Part shown: one piece after another, positions 49,246 through 60,240 of the stretch | How the letters are laid out: each line of letters opens with the position of its first letter | How positions within the stretch are numbered: the first letter of the stretch is position 1 | Source of the DNA: Ignavibacteriales bacterium | GTDB lineage: Bacteria > Bacteroidota > Ignavibacteria > UBA10030 > UBA6906 | DNA: 64,000 bases | Assembly: GCA_037441705.1 (NCBI GenBank) | Contig: JBBIRR010000005.1 | Coordinates: forward strand, 36,265-100,264 | Direction of reading: 5' to 3' | Made by a program: the position numbers and the translations under genes | The notes under the pieces: model-generated | What the model saw: the letters and a program-made list of their open reading frames with translations, nothing else | Told to the model about the DNA's origin: nothing | The model's database searches: none

Positions 49246-50493
49246 CTATGCAGTGAACTTCTTGACAATAAGTGTTGCGTTCTTTCCTCCGAACCCGAAC
49301 GTGTTGCTCAGCGCGTAGTTGACCGTCCGCTTGACGGCAACATTGGGCGTGTAGTTCAGGTCGCATTGCGGGTCGGGATACTCAAGGTTAATCGTCGGCG
49401 GAATCGTATCGGTGTAGCACGCCATGATGGAGGCGATTGCCTCGATGGCGCCGGCCGCGCCCAGCAAATGCCCGGTCATAGATTTGGTGGAGCTGATGTT
49501 CAGCTTCCTGGCGTGCTCGCCGAACGTTGTTTTGATGGCGAGGGTTTCGGCAATATCGCCCAGGGGAGTGGAGGTACCGTGCACGTTGATGTAATCGATT
49601 GCCTCCGGCGCTATGCCGGCGTCCTTCAGTGCGCGCTTCATGGAGCGCACCGCTCCTTCGCCGCCATCGGGCGGTGCGGTGATGTGATAGGCGTCCGCCG
49701 TGTAGCCGATGCCGACAAGTTCGGCATAAATCTTTGCGCCGCGCTTGAGGGCCATCTCCAGCTCTTCCAACACCAAGGTGGCTCCGCCTTCACCCATCAC
49801 GAAGCCGTCGCGCTGCGCGTCGAAGGGGCGGCTCGCCTTCTCCGGCGCATCGTTGCGTGTGGAGAGCGCCTTCATAGAGTTGAACCCGCCCAGTCCCATG
49901 GGCGTGATCGGCGCCTCCGATCCACCACAAATCATCGCATCCGCATCGCCGTACTGGATCAGCCTGCACGCTTCGCCGATAGCGTGATTGGATGTTGCAC
50001 AGGCAGAGACGGTTGCATAGATAGGCCCCTTCAGGTTGTACTTCATCGAGATATAGCCAGCGGCAATATCGGGAATGAGCATCGGAATGAAGAAAGGACT
50101 GATGCGCCTCGGCCCGCCATCCCTATAGTTGATGAACTGCTGATGGTAGGTGATCATGCCGCCGATGCCCGAGCCGTACACCACACCCACGCGATCGGGG
50201 TCCAGGTCTCTCAGCGGGATGTTCGAGTCCGCAATCGCCTCATCCGTAGCAACCATTGCATACTGGGCAAACGGGTCCATCCGCTGCGCAGTCTTGCGAT
50301 CAATGAAGTCGGTGGCTTTGAAGCCCTTCAGCTCGCACGCGAAGTGCGTGTCGTACTGGGACGTATCGAAGTACGTGATGGTTGCCGCGCCGCTTTTGCC
50401 CGCGACGAGGTTCGACCAGAACTCCTTCGCGTTCAACCCAATGGGGGTCACGGCACCGATGCCGGTAACGACGACTCTACGTTTTCCATTCAT
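49246..50493 (-). CDS. fabF: 3-oxoacyl-ACP synthase II
   Basis: [40 protein letters not shown]. Confidence 0.96.
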   Translation of the reverse strand: MNGKRRVVVTGIGAVTPIGLNAKEFWSNLVAGKSGAATITYFDTSQYDTHFACELKGFKATDFIDRKTAQRMDPFAQYAMVATDEAIADSNIPLRDLDPDRVGVVYGSGIGGMITYHQQFINYRDGGPRRISPFFIPMLIPDIAAGYISMKYNLKGPIYATVSACATSNHAIGEACRLIQYGDADAMICGGSEAPITPMGLGGFNSMKALSTRNDAPEKASRPFDAQRDGFVMGEGGATLVLEELEMALKRGAKIYAELVGIGYTADAYHITAPPDGGEGAVRSMKRALKDAGIAPEAIDYINVHGTSTPLGDIAETLAIKTTFGEHARKLNISSTKSMTGHLLGAAGAIEAIASIMACYTDTIPPTINLEYPDPQCDLNYTPNVAVKRTVNYALSNTFGFGGKNATLIVKKFTA

Positions 50494-50565
50494 AATGCAC
50501 CAAGGCTGTCACAGGAAAGAGGTGCCTATTTGAAGAACTGGCACCCGAAGCTCGCACAACGATGT

Positions 50566-50805
50566 TCAGGCGGCCTTTGCTTTGATATACTTGATGGCAT
50601 CGCCGACAGTGGCGATCTTCTCCGCATCCTCGTCAGGGATGGTGAGATTGAACGCCTTCTCGAATTCCATCACCAATTCCACAGTATCGAGCGAGTCTGC
50701 GCCGAGGTCGTTCGTGAATGACGCTTCGGGTGTAATCTGCGCCTCGTCTACGCCCAGCTTGTTGACAATGATTTCTTTGACTTTTGCTTCGATATCCGCT
50801 GCCAT
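50566..50805 (-). CDS. acpP: Acyl carrier protein
   Basis: [14 protein letters not shown]; GGAGG SD before ATG 50805. Confidence 0.97.
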   Translation of the reverse strand: MAADIEAKVKEIIVNKLGVDEAQITPEASFTNDLGADSLDTVELVMEFEKAFNLTIPDEDAEKIATVGDAIKYIKAKAA

Positions 50806-50864
50806 GATGTGTCCTCCTGTATAGTGGGTTTGATGAGTGTGATTGTTGAAAAATGTTGATCTGC

Positions 50865-51611
50865 TTACATCGTCAAGCCGCCGTCCACGCAAAGTACCTG
50901 TCCTGTAATGTAGCTTGCGTCGGGGGAAGCGAGAAACCTGACGACGGAAGCGACCTCGTGCGCCTGAGCCGTCCGTTTCAGCGGGATAAGATCGGCGAGC
51001 GCTTTCTTCTGTTCGTCGTTCAGCTTCTCGGTCATGTCGGTTTGTACATAGCCGGGGGCCACGGCGTTGACTGCAATATTGCGAGAACCAAGTTCTTTTG
51101 CAACAGCTTTGGTGAACCCGATGATGCCGGCTTTCGAAGCGGCGTAGTTTGCCTGTCCCGCGTTCCCGCTGATGCCGACAACCGACGTGATGTTGATGAT
51201 CCTGCCTGACCGCTGGCTCATCATCGGGCGGCACGCCGCTTTCGTGTAGTTGTACACGCTCTTCAGATTGTTGCTGATGACGGCGTCCCAATCCTCTTCG
51301 CTCATGCGCATCAGCAGGCCGTCTCGGGTGATGCCCGCATTGTTGACGAGGATGTCGAGGCGTCCAAATTCCTTCACGATACTGTTCACGACTTCGGCGG
51401 CGTTTGCTGTCGAAACCGCGTCGGCCTGGTACGCGCGGGCCGTGTGACCCTTTGCCGTCAGCTCCCTGACCAGTTCCTCTGCTTCCCGGGCGGAGCTTTT
51501 GTAGGTAAAGGTAACGGTTGCACCGGCTTCCGCAAGGGCGAGCACGATCGCTCGACCAATGCCGCGTCCGCCGCCGGTAACCAGTGCAACATTCTTGTCC
51601 AGGATTCCCAT
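50865..51611 (-). CDS. fabG: 3-oxoacyl-ACP reductase
   Basis: [27 protein letters not shown]; fab operon context. Confidence 0.95.
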   Translation of the reverse strand: MGILDKNVALVTGGGRGIGRAIVLALAEAGATVTFTYKSSAREAEELVRELTAKGHTARAYQADAVSTANAAEVVNSIVKEFGRLDILVNNAGITRDGLLMRMSEEDWDAVISNNLKSVYNYTKAACRPMMSQRSGRIINITSVVGISGNAGQANYAASKAGIIGFTKAVAKELGSRNIAVNAVAPGYVQTDMTEKLNDEQKKALADLIPLKRTAQAHEVASVVRFLASPDASYITGQVLCVDGGLTM

Positions 51612-51626
51612 CGTTGTTCGTTTCCG

Positions 51627-52232
51627 TTAGCCTGTCGTGATTGTCTCATGCTGCGCTTTGGAGCGCGAGACATAGTGTGATTCTATCTGGCGGTAGCCAT
51701 CCATTCCCAATAAATGGATCAACTCTTCCTTGCACGCAACGAAGAGCGGGACATCGAACGCCGACGTGATGGAGCAGCACATCTGCTTGCCCTGCAGCAT
51801 CGGATCGAACTCGATGACACCGTCTTCAATCACAATGGGGAAGAGAACACAGAACATCGGCTTCCACGCCCATTTGTGTTCGCCGGCCGCAACGGCCGCA
51901 CGCTGGATGCTGCATCGCCCGAACTTATCCAGGAAAGCGCACTTATCGTTGATCACCGCCGTGCCGATGCAGCGGCCCGAGGGGAAGTCAGGATCGTTCT
52001 CGACCTGCCCGTCAAACCATTGGCGTTCATCCCGCGTCTGCGTTTCGTCCATCTGCTGCTTGATGAGTTCCTTTCGCTCGAGGATCGCTGCGTGCTCACG
52101 GACATCCACCCACACGCCGCTTGTGCAGCACCGGGCAGTACAGTTGCACGGTCCGTTGCCCGCCGCGTATCCCTTTTCGAACAACTCGTTCGAGATGAAG
52201 TAGTCTTTGACTCTGAGAAGCTGCTCGGTCAC
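51627..52232 (-). CDS. DUF3109 family Cys-rich protein
   Basis: [14 protein letters not shown]...[18 protein letters not shown]. Confidence 0.7.
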   Translation of the reverse strand: MTEQLLRVKDYFISNELFEKGYAAGNGPCNCTARCCTSGVWVDVREHAAILERKELIKQQMDETQTRDERQWFDGQVENDPDFPSGRCIGTAVINDKCAFLDKFGRCSIQRAAVAAGEHKWAWKPMFCVLFPIVIEDGVIEFDPMLQGKQMCCSITSAFDVPLFVACKEELIHLLGMDGYRQIESHYVSRSKAQHETITTG

Positions 52233-52246
52233 GAAATCAATCTCCC

Positions 52247-53158
52247 TCAGGCAGCGACGAGATCGCTGTATTTGTCGACGCCGGAAACGGCCACGTGGGC
52301 GGCGATGCGTTTGACTAATCCTTGCAGCACTTTACCCGGTCCGATTTCGATAAACGAGTCTGCGCCATCACGCACCATGTGAATAATGCTTTCTTCCCAG
52401 CGTACAGGATGTGTGAGCTGTCGGTTCAGCATATCCCGAATATCTTCTGCTTTCGTTACCGGCTCAGCCGTGACGTTGGTGTACACGGGAATCACTGCAT
52501 CGTGCAGCGGCGTCTCATCCAACTTCTTCTTCAGTCCGTCGCGGGCGCTTGCCATGAGCGGAGAGTGAAATGCACCGCTGACGACAAGCTCCTTCACCAG
52601 TTTTGCGCCGCGTGCTTTCGCCAGTTCCATCCCTTTGCGCACGCCTTCGACCGACCCGGAAATCACGATCTGTCCGGGCGAGTTGAAATTTGCCGGCTGG
52701 ACGATTCCTGCGCTGGACGCCTCTGCGCAAATTGCCTCGACAGCATCCGGCAGGAGTCCGACAATAGCCGCCATCGTGCCGCGCTGTTCATCGCCGGCCT
52801 TTTGCATCAATTCGCCGCGCAGGCGGACGAGCGTCAGGCCGTCTTCGAATGACAATGCCCCTGCAGCAACAAGGGCGGAGTATTCGCCCAAAGAATGCCC
52901 CGCCACCATATCGGGGTTTCTGCCGGTCATCTTCCTCAGCGCAACCATGCTCTGGAGAAAGATTGCCGGTTGGGTGTTGCGGGTCTGGCGCAGTTCCTCT
53001 TCCGGGCCGTCGAAGCAGAGCGCGCTCAACCCGAAGCCGAGAATTTCATCCGCGTGATGAAAGAGCGCGCGAGACTCGGGATCGTTCTCAAAGAAATCTT
53101 TACCCATCCCCACATACTGAGAACCCTGTCCCGGAAAAATGTAGGCCGTCTTGCCCAT
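52247..53158 (-). CDS. fabD: Malonyl-CoA-ACP transacylase
   Basis: FPGQGSQ, TQPAI, GHSLGEY, SGAFHS, EIGPGKVL. Confidence 0.96.
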   Translation of the reverse strand: MGKTAYIFPGQGSQYVGMGKDFFENDPESRALFHHADEILGFGLSALCFDGPEEELRQTRNTQPAIFLQSMVALRKMTGRNPDMVAGHSLGEYSALVAAGALSFEDGLTLVRLRGELMQKAGDEQRGTMAAIVGLLPDAVEAICAEASSAGIVQPANFNSPGQIVISGSVEGVRKGMELAKARGAKLVKELVVSGAFHSPLMASARDGLKKKLDETPLHDAVIPVYTNVTAEPVTKAEDIRDMLNRQLTHPVRWEESIIHMVRDGADSFIEIGPGKVLQGLVKRIAAHVAVSGVDKYSDLVAA

Positions 53159-54171
53159 CACACCCGTGCGTCCTCTGCCGACCATTTCAGCAGGGCAGCG
53201 CCCCATGTGTAGCCCGCCCCAAACGTTGCGATAACAACCGTATGCCCTTTTTTCAACTTGCCCAGTTGCCACCATTCCGAAAGGCAGAGCGGGACTGTTG
53301 CGGCGGTGGTGTTGCCGTAGCGATCGATGTTGACCATCACTTTGGATTTGTCGAGGCCCATGCGTTCGGCGGTGGCATCAATGATGCGCAAATTTGCTTG
53401 ATGCGGCGCCAGCCAATCCACGTCTTTGCCGGTCAGGTTGTTGCGCTGGAGGATTTCGACGGAAACATCCGCCATTCCCATGACGGCAACTTTGAACACA
53501 CTCTTCCCATCCTGATAGAGGTAGTGCCAACGCTTGTCAATCGTCTCGTGGGTGGGAGGGTAGAGGCTGCCGCCGGCTTTCATGTGCAGATACTTTCCGC
53601 CTGAGCCGTCGGCATAAAGAATCGAATCGAGCAAGCCGACCGACATGTCCTCCGTCGGTTCGAGCAACACGGCCGCGGCTGCGTCGCCGAAGAGGATGCA
53701 ATTGTTGCGGTCGGTGTAGTCGGTAATCGTGCTCATCTTGTCTGCGCCGATGACAAGCACTTTTTTGTAAGCCCCCGTTTCGATGAATTGGGCGCCGGTG
53801 ACGAGGGCATACAGAAACCCCGAGCATGCTGCCGAGAGATCGAACCCCCAGGCTTTGGTCGCGCCGAGTTTTTCCTGAATGATGCATGCCGTAGCAGGAA
53901 AGAACATATCCGGGGTAATGGTAGCGACGACGATGAGGTCGATTTCTTTCGGACTGATACCGCGGTTGTTGAGAAGAGCCCGCGCCGCTTCGACGCCCAT
54001 GTCCGACGTTGCGCCGTGTTCAAGGATACGGCGCTCGCGTATGCCCGTGCGTGTGCGTATCCATTCGTCCGTCGTATCCACCATCTTCTCCAGATCAAAG
54101 TTGGAGAGGATTTTGTCTGGAACATAGTGTCCGACGGCTGTGATCGTTGCTCGAAATTTCTTTTCTGCCAT
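53158..54171 (-). CDS. fabH: 3-oxoacyl-ACP synthase III
   Basis: [37 protein letters not shown]. Confidence 0.96.
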   Translation of the reverse strand: MAEKKFRATITAVGHYVPDKILSNFDLEKMVDTTDEWIRTRTGIRERRILEHGATSDMGVEAARALLNNRGISPKEIDLIVVATITPDMFFPATACIIQEKLGATKAWGFDLSAACSGFLYALVTGAQFIETGAYKKVLVIGADKMSTITDYTDRNNCILFGDAAAAVLLEPTEDMSVGLLDSILYADGSGGKYLHMKAGGSLYPPTHETIDKRWHYLYQDGKSVFKVAVMGMADVSVEILQRNNLTGKDVDWLAPHQANLRIIDATAERMGLDKSKVMVNIDRYGNTTAATVPLCLSEWWQLGKLKKGHTVVIATFGAGYTWGAALLKWSAEDARV

Positions 54172-54212
54172 ACGTCTCTTGATATGCCGTTATCGTGCTG
54201 CGCTCAGGGGTC

Positions 54213-55244
54213 TTATGCGTAGCGCAGCATTGCTTCCTGAATGCGCGCGTTCACGTTGCGCTGAACCATTTCCTCGGCCCGGAGGATCATATTCTTGATT
54301 GCCTTCGGCGTTGAGCCGCCGTGACCGATGATGGAAACGCCTTTGACACCGAGAAGGGGCACCCCGCCGTGTTCCTGGTAGTCCAACTCCTTCATCACCG
54401 AACGGAGGCCGCTGCGTGCGATGAGGGCGATCAGCGTGTTGAGAAAGCTTTTCTTCGCGAACGCCGTGAATTTTTCCTTGAAGAAGGACGGCACGCTTTC
54501 GCCAAACTTCAAGAGCACGTTGCCGACGAAGCCATCGCACACGACAACATCCACTTTGCCCTGAAGGATGTCCCGTCCTTCGACATTGCCGGCGAAGTTG
54601 AGGCCGCTTTTTTTCAACAGGGCGAACGCCTCCAGGGTCACCTCGTTGCCCTTGTTTTCCTCCTCGCCGATACTGAGCAGTCCTACCGAAGGATTCGTTT
54701 TCCCGACCATCGCCTCGACATAGACGGCCCCCATGACGGCAAACTCTAAGAGGTGGCGGGGCTTGCAATCAACGTTCGTTCCCGCGTCCACCAGCAGGCA
54801 CGGCATGGCAGTGGTTGTGGGAACTAACGCGCCGATGGTGGGTCGACCGACCCCCTTCATACGTCCGAGAATCAGCGTACTGGCCGAAAGCATCGCGCCC
54901 GTGTGCCCGGCACTGACGAAAGCATCCGCCTTTCCGGCATGCTGCAAGGTCATCCCGACCGCGATGGACGAGTCCTTCTTGGTCTTGACCGCGGCGGTGG
55001 GGCTATCGCTAAAATCGATAACCTCCGTGGCGTTAACAATCGTCAATGCCTCAGCAGGGAAGCGTTCTCTCTGACGCTGGTGGAGTTCGCGCTTGATGCT
55101 CTCTTCCTTGCCGACGAGGAGGAGAGAGAATCGGCCGTTGGATTCGGTAAGTGCCTCGAGCGCCCCGGCAACAACATTCTGCGGAGCGAAATCTCCTCCC
55201 ATGGCATCGACCGCAATACGTATGTGCTTATGTTGAAAAGCCAA
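54213..55244 (-). CDS. plsX: Phosphate acyltransferase PlsX
   Basis: IAVDAMGGDFAP, SAGHTGA, IGEEENKGN, CDGFVGNV.LK. Confidence 0.95.
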   Translation of the reverse strand: MAFQHKHIRIAVDAMGGDFAPQNVVAGALEALTESNGRFSLLLVGKEESIKRELHQRQRERFPAEALTIVNATEVIDFSDSPTAAVKTKKDSSIAVGMTLQHAGKADAFVSAGHTGAMLSASTLILGRMKGVGRPTIGALVPTTTAMPCLLVDAGTNVDCKPRHLLEFAVMGAVYVEAMVGKTNPSVGLLSIGEEENKGNEVTLEAFALLKKSGLNFAGNVEGRDILQGKVDVVVCDGFVGNVLLKFGESVPSFFKEKFTAFAKKSFLNTLIALIARSGLRSVMKELDYQEHGGVPLLGVKGVSIIGHGGSTPKAIKNMILRAEEMVQRNVNARIQEAMLRYA

Positions 55245-55281
55245 GAAGCCGAAGAGGGTATGGGGTAAACGCTGTGCGCGA

Positions 55282-55464
55282 TCAGGCCGCCTTTGGCGTC
55301 TTGATGAAACGGCCGTTGTAAAAGCCGCAATTGGGGCAGGCGCGATGAGGCAGTTTCATTGAATGGCAATTTGGACATTCTGCCTTCGCCGCCGCCGTTG
55401 CCTTGTAATGTGTCCGGCGCTTGCGCCCGCGCGCTTTGGAATGTCGTCGTTTTGGATTTGGCAT
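55282..55464 (-). CDS. rpmF: 50S ribosomal protein L32 (zinc-binding type)
   Basis: MPNPKRRHSKAR..CPNC..PHRACPNCGFY. Confidence 0.96.
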   Translation of the reverse strand: MPNPKRRHSKARGRKRRTHYKATAAAKAECPNCHSMKLPHRACPNCGFYNGRFIKTPKAA

Positions 55465-55499
55465 GCTGAAAAGCTCCTTGATTGCTTCGAATCTTCTTC

Positions 55500-56000
55500 T
55501 TACACGTTGCTCTGCAGCCGACGCAGGATGTCCCACCGCGAGTCGTCTGCCGTCGCCTTGCAGGAGCACGCGCCGTCGTTCAGGTTCTTGCCGCATGTGG
55601 GACACAGCCCGCGGCAGCTTTCGCTGCACAACAGTTTCAGTGGTACGGCAAGGAGGAGTGTCTGCCTCACGTCATCGGCTATATCAATCACACTTTGACC
55701 GGGCAGCAGTTGCTGAAACTCCACGGGATCGACGTCCGGGCATTCCGCGGCTTCGAGCGCATAAAACATCCGATAGGATGGGCTTAACGTCTCCTCGAAG
55801 CTATTCGTGCACCGATCGCAGGCGAACAGTGCGGCCGTACGAATCGTGGACGTGACCAGAATTTGGTTGGGAGACTTATCCAGCGTCGCATCAACTACAA
55901 CCTCGGATTGGAATTCCTCTCCCAACTCCAACTCTTCGGGAGTGACCGAGAACTGATAGTGGTGAATCCCCTCAGAGAGCCCGCTGATCTGGATTTTCAT
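55500..56000 (-). CDS. yceD: YceD/DUF177 family protein
   Basis: CDRC, LC.ESCRGLCPTCG.NLN..C.C, DSRW..L; upstream of rpmF. Confidence 0.9.
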   Translation of the reverse strand: MKIQISGLSEGIHHYQFSVTPEELELGEEFQSEVVVDATLDKSPNQILVTSTIRTAALFACDRCTNSFEETLSPSYRMFYALEAAECPDVDPVEFQQLLPGQSVIDIADDVRQTLLLAVPLKLLCSESCRGLCPTCGKNLNDGACSCKATADDSRWDILRRLQSNV

Positions 56001-56047
56001 GGTTCACCCCCGTACGGTTCGCATCGGAATTCAAAAAAACCGAAAAA

Positions 56048-56076
56048 AATATAGCCAATTGCCGTACGAGAGTCAA
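56048..56076 (-). promoter_or_regulatory. sigma70-type promoter of yceD-rpmF-fab operon
   Basis: Minus strand TTGACT-N17-TATATT. Confidence 0.7.
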
Positions 56077-56114
56077 GAAAAGCCCATGCAAGCCCTCCGT
56101 GGTGCATGGGCTTT
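56075..56114 (-). terminator. Rho-independent terminator after DUF3276 gene
   Basis: 12-bp stem AAAGCCCATGCA/TGCATGGGCTTT with minus-strand TTTTCTT tail. Confidence 0.8.
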
Positions 56115-56145
56115 GGAGGAAGAACACTTGCAAGAGGAAGGTCAA

Positions 56146-56415
56146 TCAGTCTTGCTTGGCGGGAGCGCTTTCCAGTAACTGCGTCTGCACGTACTGAACA
56201 GTTTCCGCCAGCGCGTCGCGGAACTTGTCGAAGTCTTCCTTGTACAAGAAGATTTTGTGCTTCTCGTACTCATCTTCACCGATGCGCTTGCTCTCCGTGA
56301 CCGTGATGTAGAAATCCTTTTCGGACTTCGTTGACTTCACGTCAAAGAAGTAGGTGCGTTTCCCTGCACGCACTCGCCTCGTGAAGATCTCGTCTTTGTA
56401 GCCGTTGTTATCCAA
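56146..56415 (-). CDS. DUF3276 / PUR-alpha-like nucleic-acid-binding protein
   Basis: RAGKRTYFFDVK, ITVTES, KHKIFLYKEDF; AGGAGG SD before TTG. Confidence 0.9.
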   Translation of the reverse strand: MDNNGYKDEIFTRRVRAGKRTYFFDVKSTKSEKDFYITVTESKRIGEDEYEKHKIFLYKEDFDKFRDALAETVQYVQTQLLESAPAKQD

Positions 56416-56518
56416 GGTCTACACCCTCCTGATTGATGGTTGTGAATTGATTACGCTGTGCCACCGGACGGCTCGCCCGGCGGCAAGCGCGGTTTGTGTG
56501 ATGATGAGAATGTTGATG

Positions 56519-58795
56519 TTATTTTCGAATGACAGCGACCTTGCCCGTTCCGACTTTGTCCTTGTTTGTTTCTGAGTACGCAACGACGATATAGATTCCC
56601 GAAGCGACATATCGCCCCGTCTCATCCTTGCCGTCCCAAAAGCCGATGCGACCTCCCGGTGTCGTCATGTCCCGTATTGGACTGCCATCGACGGTCAGGA
56701 TTTTGATCTTGGAGTTTTCGACAAGACCGTCAATCGTCAAAGGCACAACGTTGGGAATGCGATAGGGGTTGGGAGAGATCGTCAATTGATCGAAACTTGT
56801 CTTCGGTTCAGCCGCCGTTGTCGTAAAACTTGCCAGACCGTTGGTCGTTCCGAAATACACCGTGCCGGTTCTGCCGTCAACGGCGATGCTCTTAATCTCA
56901 TTGCTGATGATTTTTCCGTCCGTGTTCTCGACGGTATACTGCGCGAGCGCCTGCGTGCCGTCACGGGAAAGAAGGACTGCGCCTTCATTGGTGGCGACCC
57001 ATTTTTGGTTGAGGGGATCGACGGCAATGGCGTTGATCGTAATGCCGTTCAGCGGTTTGTAGCCGGCAACAGCACCCGAACGCGTTGGGTTCGAGGGGTC
57101 GAGCACGATTGCAATGCCTCGATCGGTCCCGATCCAGACATCGCCGTCTCGATCCACGACAATCGTCCGGATGACATTGCTGGGCAGTCCGGTATTTGTT
57201 GTGAGATGAAAATCCGCGATGCTGTCGGGCGCATTCCCTTTGTTGTTGAGATTCACAGCACCGAGAGGCCCGACCACGGGAATCGCTGCCCACAGGTTGC
57301 CAAACGGATCAATGGTCAGCGACCGATCGACAGTGATGTCCGTGAGGTACGTTGCCTTCACGCCGCCTACATACACGGGGAAGGTCGTCCATGTCCCGTT
57401 GGGCCTGCGAACGGCTATCGTTCGGTCGTCGTAGGGAAGCAGGAGGGGAACCCAGGTTTTGCCTTGCGCGTCGCAGGTAACCGATCCTGTCACGACGAAA
57501 GTTGTGTCCCAGGGGATGCCTCTCATTCCGACATTCGTTCCGAACACATTCTCAGCCAGCACGGTATCGACGCCGGGTGGCATCAGGATAACGCCCCTGC
57601 CCCACGTACTGATCCATCGCTCGCCGTTACATCCTATGCTGACGCGGTAGCAATCATTGGTCGGGAGGGCAGGATTATTGTTGACATGGAACGATTTCCA
57701 CTCCGATCCGTTGAAGCGGTAGAAACCTTTCGCCGTCTGATTTCCTGAGGCGCCCCACACGGTACCATTGTCGTCAACAGCGACGCTCAGGAACTGGTTG
57801 GAAAACGGCCCGTTGGGGAAGTGGGAAGTCCATGTGGTTGTGTAGGTTAGCAAGCCGCCTTCCCTCGTAGCAACGATAGGTTTGTTGTCCGTCGAAACAA
57901 TCACCGCTGCGGGCGAGGAGGGAAGGATATCTCCGTAACGGGAAACCACATTCTGTCCCGACAGCGTGTATACCGTGAACGCATCGTCAACCGTTGCCAG
58001 GACGCTTCCCGAGGCGTGAAGGGCAAGCAGGTTCTTGCCTGCAAGAGAGTCGATCGCGTTCCAAGAACTGCCGTCGTAGGCGTACAGGCCTGTAGTTGTT
58101 GCGGCATAAAGCCTGTTGTTGAACAAGGTGAGTGTTCGCACTCGTGTTGAGGAGTTTCCCACGACCTGGAGTGTCCATGCTTCCGGGGGCAGGAGATTTG
58201 GGTTGGAGAGGTCTGCCCATGCAACGCGACTTGCGGTGCCGGTCGAGACAGCCGCCCAGATCTTTCCGTCGAAGATGACCGCCGAGCTGACTGCGACACG
58301 CACGTTGCCAATGAAGGCGCCGAACTTCGTGTACGTATCTCCAAACTGGAAGCGATTCACACGAAACACGCTCAATCCAAAATTGGTGCTTATGAAGACC
58401 GTATCGCCAAAGGCGGTAAGCTCGTTGATACGTTTGTCCGTTTGGTTGGCTGTCGAGATGTCGGGCACGTAGCGCCATGTATTCTTTTGAGGAGAGTACA
58501 CGTGCAGCATACCCGTGGAGCTTCCGCTCCAGATATCGCCGTTGTTGTCCACCCCGATTGCCGTCAGATCAATCGACTTCAAGCCTTCTGCATTGGTGAA
58601 CCGTGAGAAGGACGCCGAACCTTCCGTCCAGGAAAACATCCCGCCGGTCGTTGCTGCCCAGACCGTGTTGCCACTGCGGGCAACAGCCCGAACATCCTGC
58701 ATGGACGTGTAGTTTTTCCAGACGCCGACCTGTGCAAGTGCCTGTGCGTACCACAGGACGGCGATGATCACTCCGCTGCCGACTCGTATCTTCAT
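56519..58795 (-). CDS. porZ: PorZ-like T9SS component (two beta-propellers plus CTD)
   Basis: GVWKNYTS start, two-component-regulator propeller repeats (GLPSN.I..I.VD, WIGT), AVDPLNQKW, PNPY..WDG..SG.Y..GKVAVIR terminus. Confidence 0.8.
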   Translation of the reverse strand: MKIRVGSGVIIAVLWYAQALAQVGVWKNYTSMQDVRAVARSGNTVWAATTGGMFSWTEGSASFSRFTNAEGLKSIDLTAIGVDNNGDIWSGSSTGMLHVYSPQKNTWRYVPDISTANQTDKRINELTAFGDTVFISTNFGLSVFRVNRFQFGDTYTKFGAFIGNVRVAVSSAVIFDGKIWAAVSTGTASRVAWADLSNPNLLPPEAWTLQVVGNSSTRVRTLTLFNNRLYAATTTGLYAYDGSSWNAIDSLAGKNLLALHASGSVLATVDDAFTVYTLSGQNVVSRYGDILPSSPAAVIVSTDNKPIVATREGGLLTYTTTWTSHFPNGPFSNQFLSVAVDDNGTVWGASGNQTAKGFYRFNGSEWKSFHVNNNPALPTNDCYRVSIGCNGERWISTWGRGVILMPPGVDTVLAENVFGTNVGMRGIPWDTTFVVTGSVTCDAQGKTWVPLLLPYDDRTIAVRRPNGTWTTFPVYVGGVKATYLTDITVDRSLTIDPFGNLWAAIPVVGPLGAVNLNNKGNAPDSIADFHLTTNTGLPSNVIRTIVVDRDGDVWIGTDRGIAIVLDPSNPTRSGAVAGYKPLNGITINAIAVDPLNQKWVATNEGAVLLSRDGTQALAQYTVENTDGKIISNEIKSIAVDGRTGTVYFGTTNGLASFTTTAAEPKTSFDQLTISPNPYRIPNVVPLTIDGLVENSKIKILTVDGSPIRDMTTPGGRIGFWDGKDETGRYVASGIYIVVAYSETNKDKVGTGKVAVIRK

Positions 58796-58848
58796 AGTGT
58801 TGTCTCCTCTCTCCGTAACGGACTATTACTGGTAAGCAATAGTCCTTA

Positions 58849-59343
58849 TCAACTGTTCGAGCGTTTCTTCCCTTCTGTGAGTTGTGTGAATGTGTTCACC
58901 AATTCGATAGCTGAGAGGGCAGCGTCCCAGCCCTTGTTGCCGGCCTTCGCTCCTGCACGTTCCAGCGCCTGCTCGAGGGAGTCGGTGGTAAGCACCCCGA
59001 AGGCGACGGGCATGCCTGTCTCTAAAGCAATGCCGGCCAGTCCCTTTGTTACTTCTGCAGCGATATAGTCGAAGTGCGGCGTCTCGCCTCTGATGACGCA
59101 TCCGAGGCAAACCAGTGCATCCATCTTGCCGGTGCGCGCAAGCCGAGCGGCAACTTGAGGTAACTCGAACGAGCCGGGGCAATAGACGACCGTAATGTCC
59201 TTGTCCTGGGCGCCGTGTCGGCGGAGGCAATCGAGCGCACCCTCCAGGAGCTGTCCCGTCACCAGGCTGTTGAACCTGCTCACAACAATCCCAAACGTTT
59301 TCCCTTCGGCTGAGAGCGCGCCTTCAATTTTCTGGAACGCCAT
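58849..59343 (-). CDS. ribH: 6,7-dimethyl-8-ribityllumazine synthase
   Basis: [33 protein letters not shown]. Confidence 0.96.
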   Translation of the reverse strand: MAFQKIEGALSAEGKTFGIVVSRFNSLVTGQLLEGALDCLRRHGAQDKDITVVYCPGSFELPQVAARLARTGKMDALVCLGCVIRGETPHFDYIAAEVTKGLAGIALETGMPVAFGVLTTDSLEQALERAGAKAGNKGWDAALSAIELVNTFTQLTEGKKRSNS

Positions 59344-59381
59344 GTATGTTCAATGTATGGATATGGATGGAGAAGAGAAAA

Positions 59382-60200
59382 TCATAACCGGCGCCGCATC
59401 ATCTCAACGTCTTCATTGGAGATCACATATTTGCCGAACACGTCTGCGTCGTTTCGCCTTCCGCCGTGAAAATCCGATCCGCCGCTGGTCAGCAGAAAAT
59501 ACTCCTGGGCAATGCCTCGGTAAAAGGCCGTCCGTTCGGGCGAATGCGACGGGTGCACCACTTCGATACCGTCTACTCCTTGCTTGATGACCTCAAGGAG
59601 AACCTTCTCCTCGAGCGAATTCCCCGGATGGGCGATGAACGAAATCCCCCCGGCCGAGGCGATCAACGCGATTGCTTCCCGCGGCGACACCTGAAACTTC
59701 TGTTCGTACGCCGGCTTTCCAAACCCGATGTACTTGAAAAATGCTTCGTGATACGTTTCGGTCAGGCCCTCCTCCAGCAACGCGTTGGCGATGTGGGGTC
59801 TGCCCACGGAGCCTGTTCCCGCCTGTTCCAACACAGCCTCGAGTGTGATTGGAATGTTCAGGTCGTTCAGTTTTTCCACCATGCGCTCGGCGCGCTTCAG
59901 GCGTTCGTGCCTGTAGAGCTGGAGGTACGCCTGAAGTTCGTCGTTCGTGTGGTCGAAAAAGTAGCCGAGAATGTGGATGTCGTAATTGCCGTAGGACGCG
60001 CTCAGTTCCGTTCCTGCAATCACCTCAACGCCGAACTCGCTGCTCATCGTCAGGGCCTCGGGGATCGCTGCGGTATTGTCGTGGTCGGTGATGCTGATCG
60101 TCGTCAGCCCGACCGCGCGTGCTCGCTGCATAAGCTCACGCGTCGTCAGCGTACCATCGGAGTGGATGGTATGCATGTGAAGGTCAACTCTGCCGGCCAT
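59382..60200 (-). CDS. PHP domain phosphoesterase (TrpH/YciV-like)
   Basis: DLHMHT.HSDG, TDHD, HILGY, GRPHIA, AHP, GGSDFHG. Confidence 0.9.
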   Translation of the reverse strand: MAGRVDLHMHTIHSDGTLTTRELMQRARAVGLTTISITDHDNTAAIPEALTMSSEFGVEVIAGTELSASYGNYDIHILGYFFDHTNDELQAYLQLYRHERLKRAERMVEKLNDLNIPITLEAVLEQAGTGSVGRPHIANALLEEGLTETYHEAFFKYIGFGKPAYEQKFQVSPREAIALIASAGGISFIAHPGNSLEEKVLLEVIKQGVDGIEVVHPSHSPERTAFYRGIAQEYFLLTSGGSDFHGGRRNDADVFGKYVISNEDVEMMRRRL

Positions 60201-60240
60201 GCACTACTGCGAGGCTCTCTGAACACAATGCAAAGAACGG

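Noticed and set aside
49132-50721. 529-aa plus-strand ORF
   Set aside because: Antisense shadow of fabF and acpP with no recognisable motifs; expected from codon bias in GC-rich genes.
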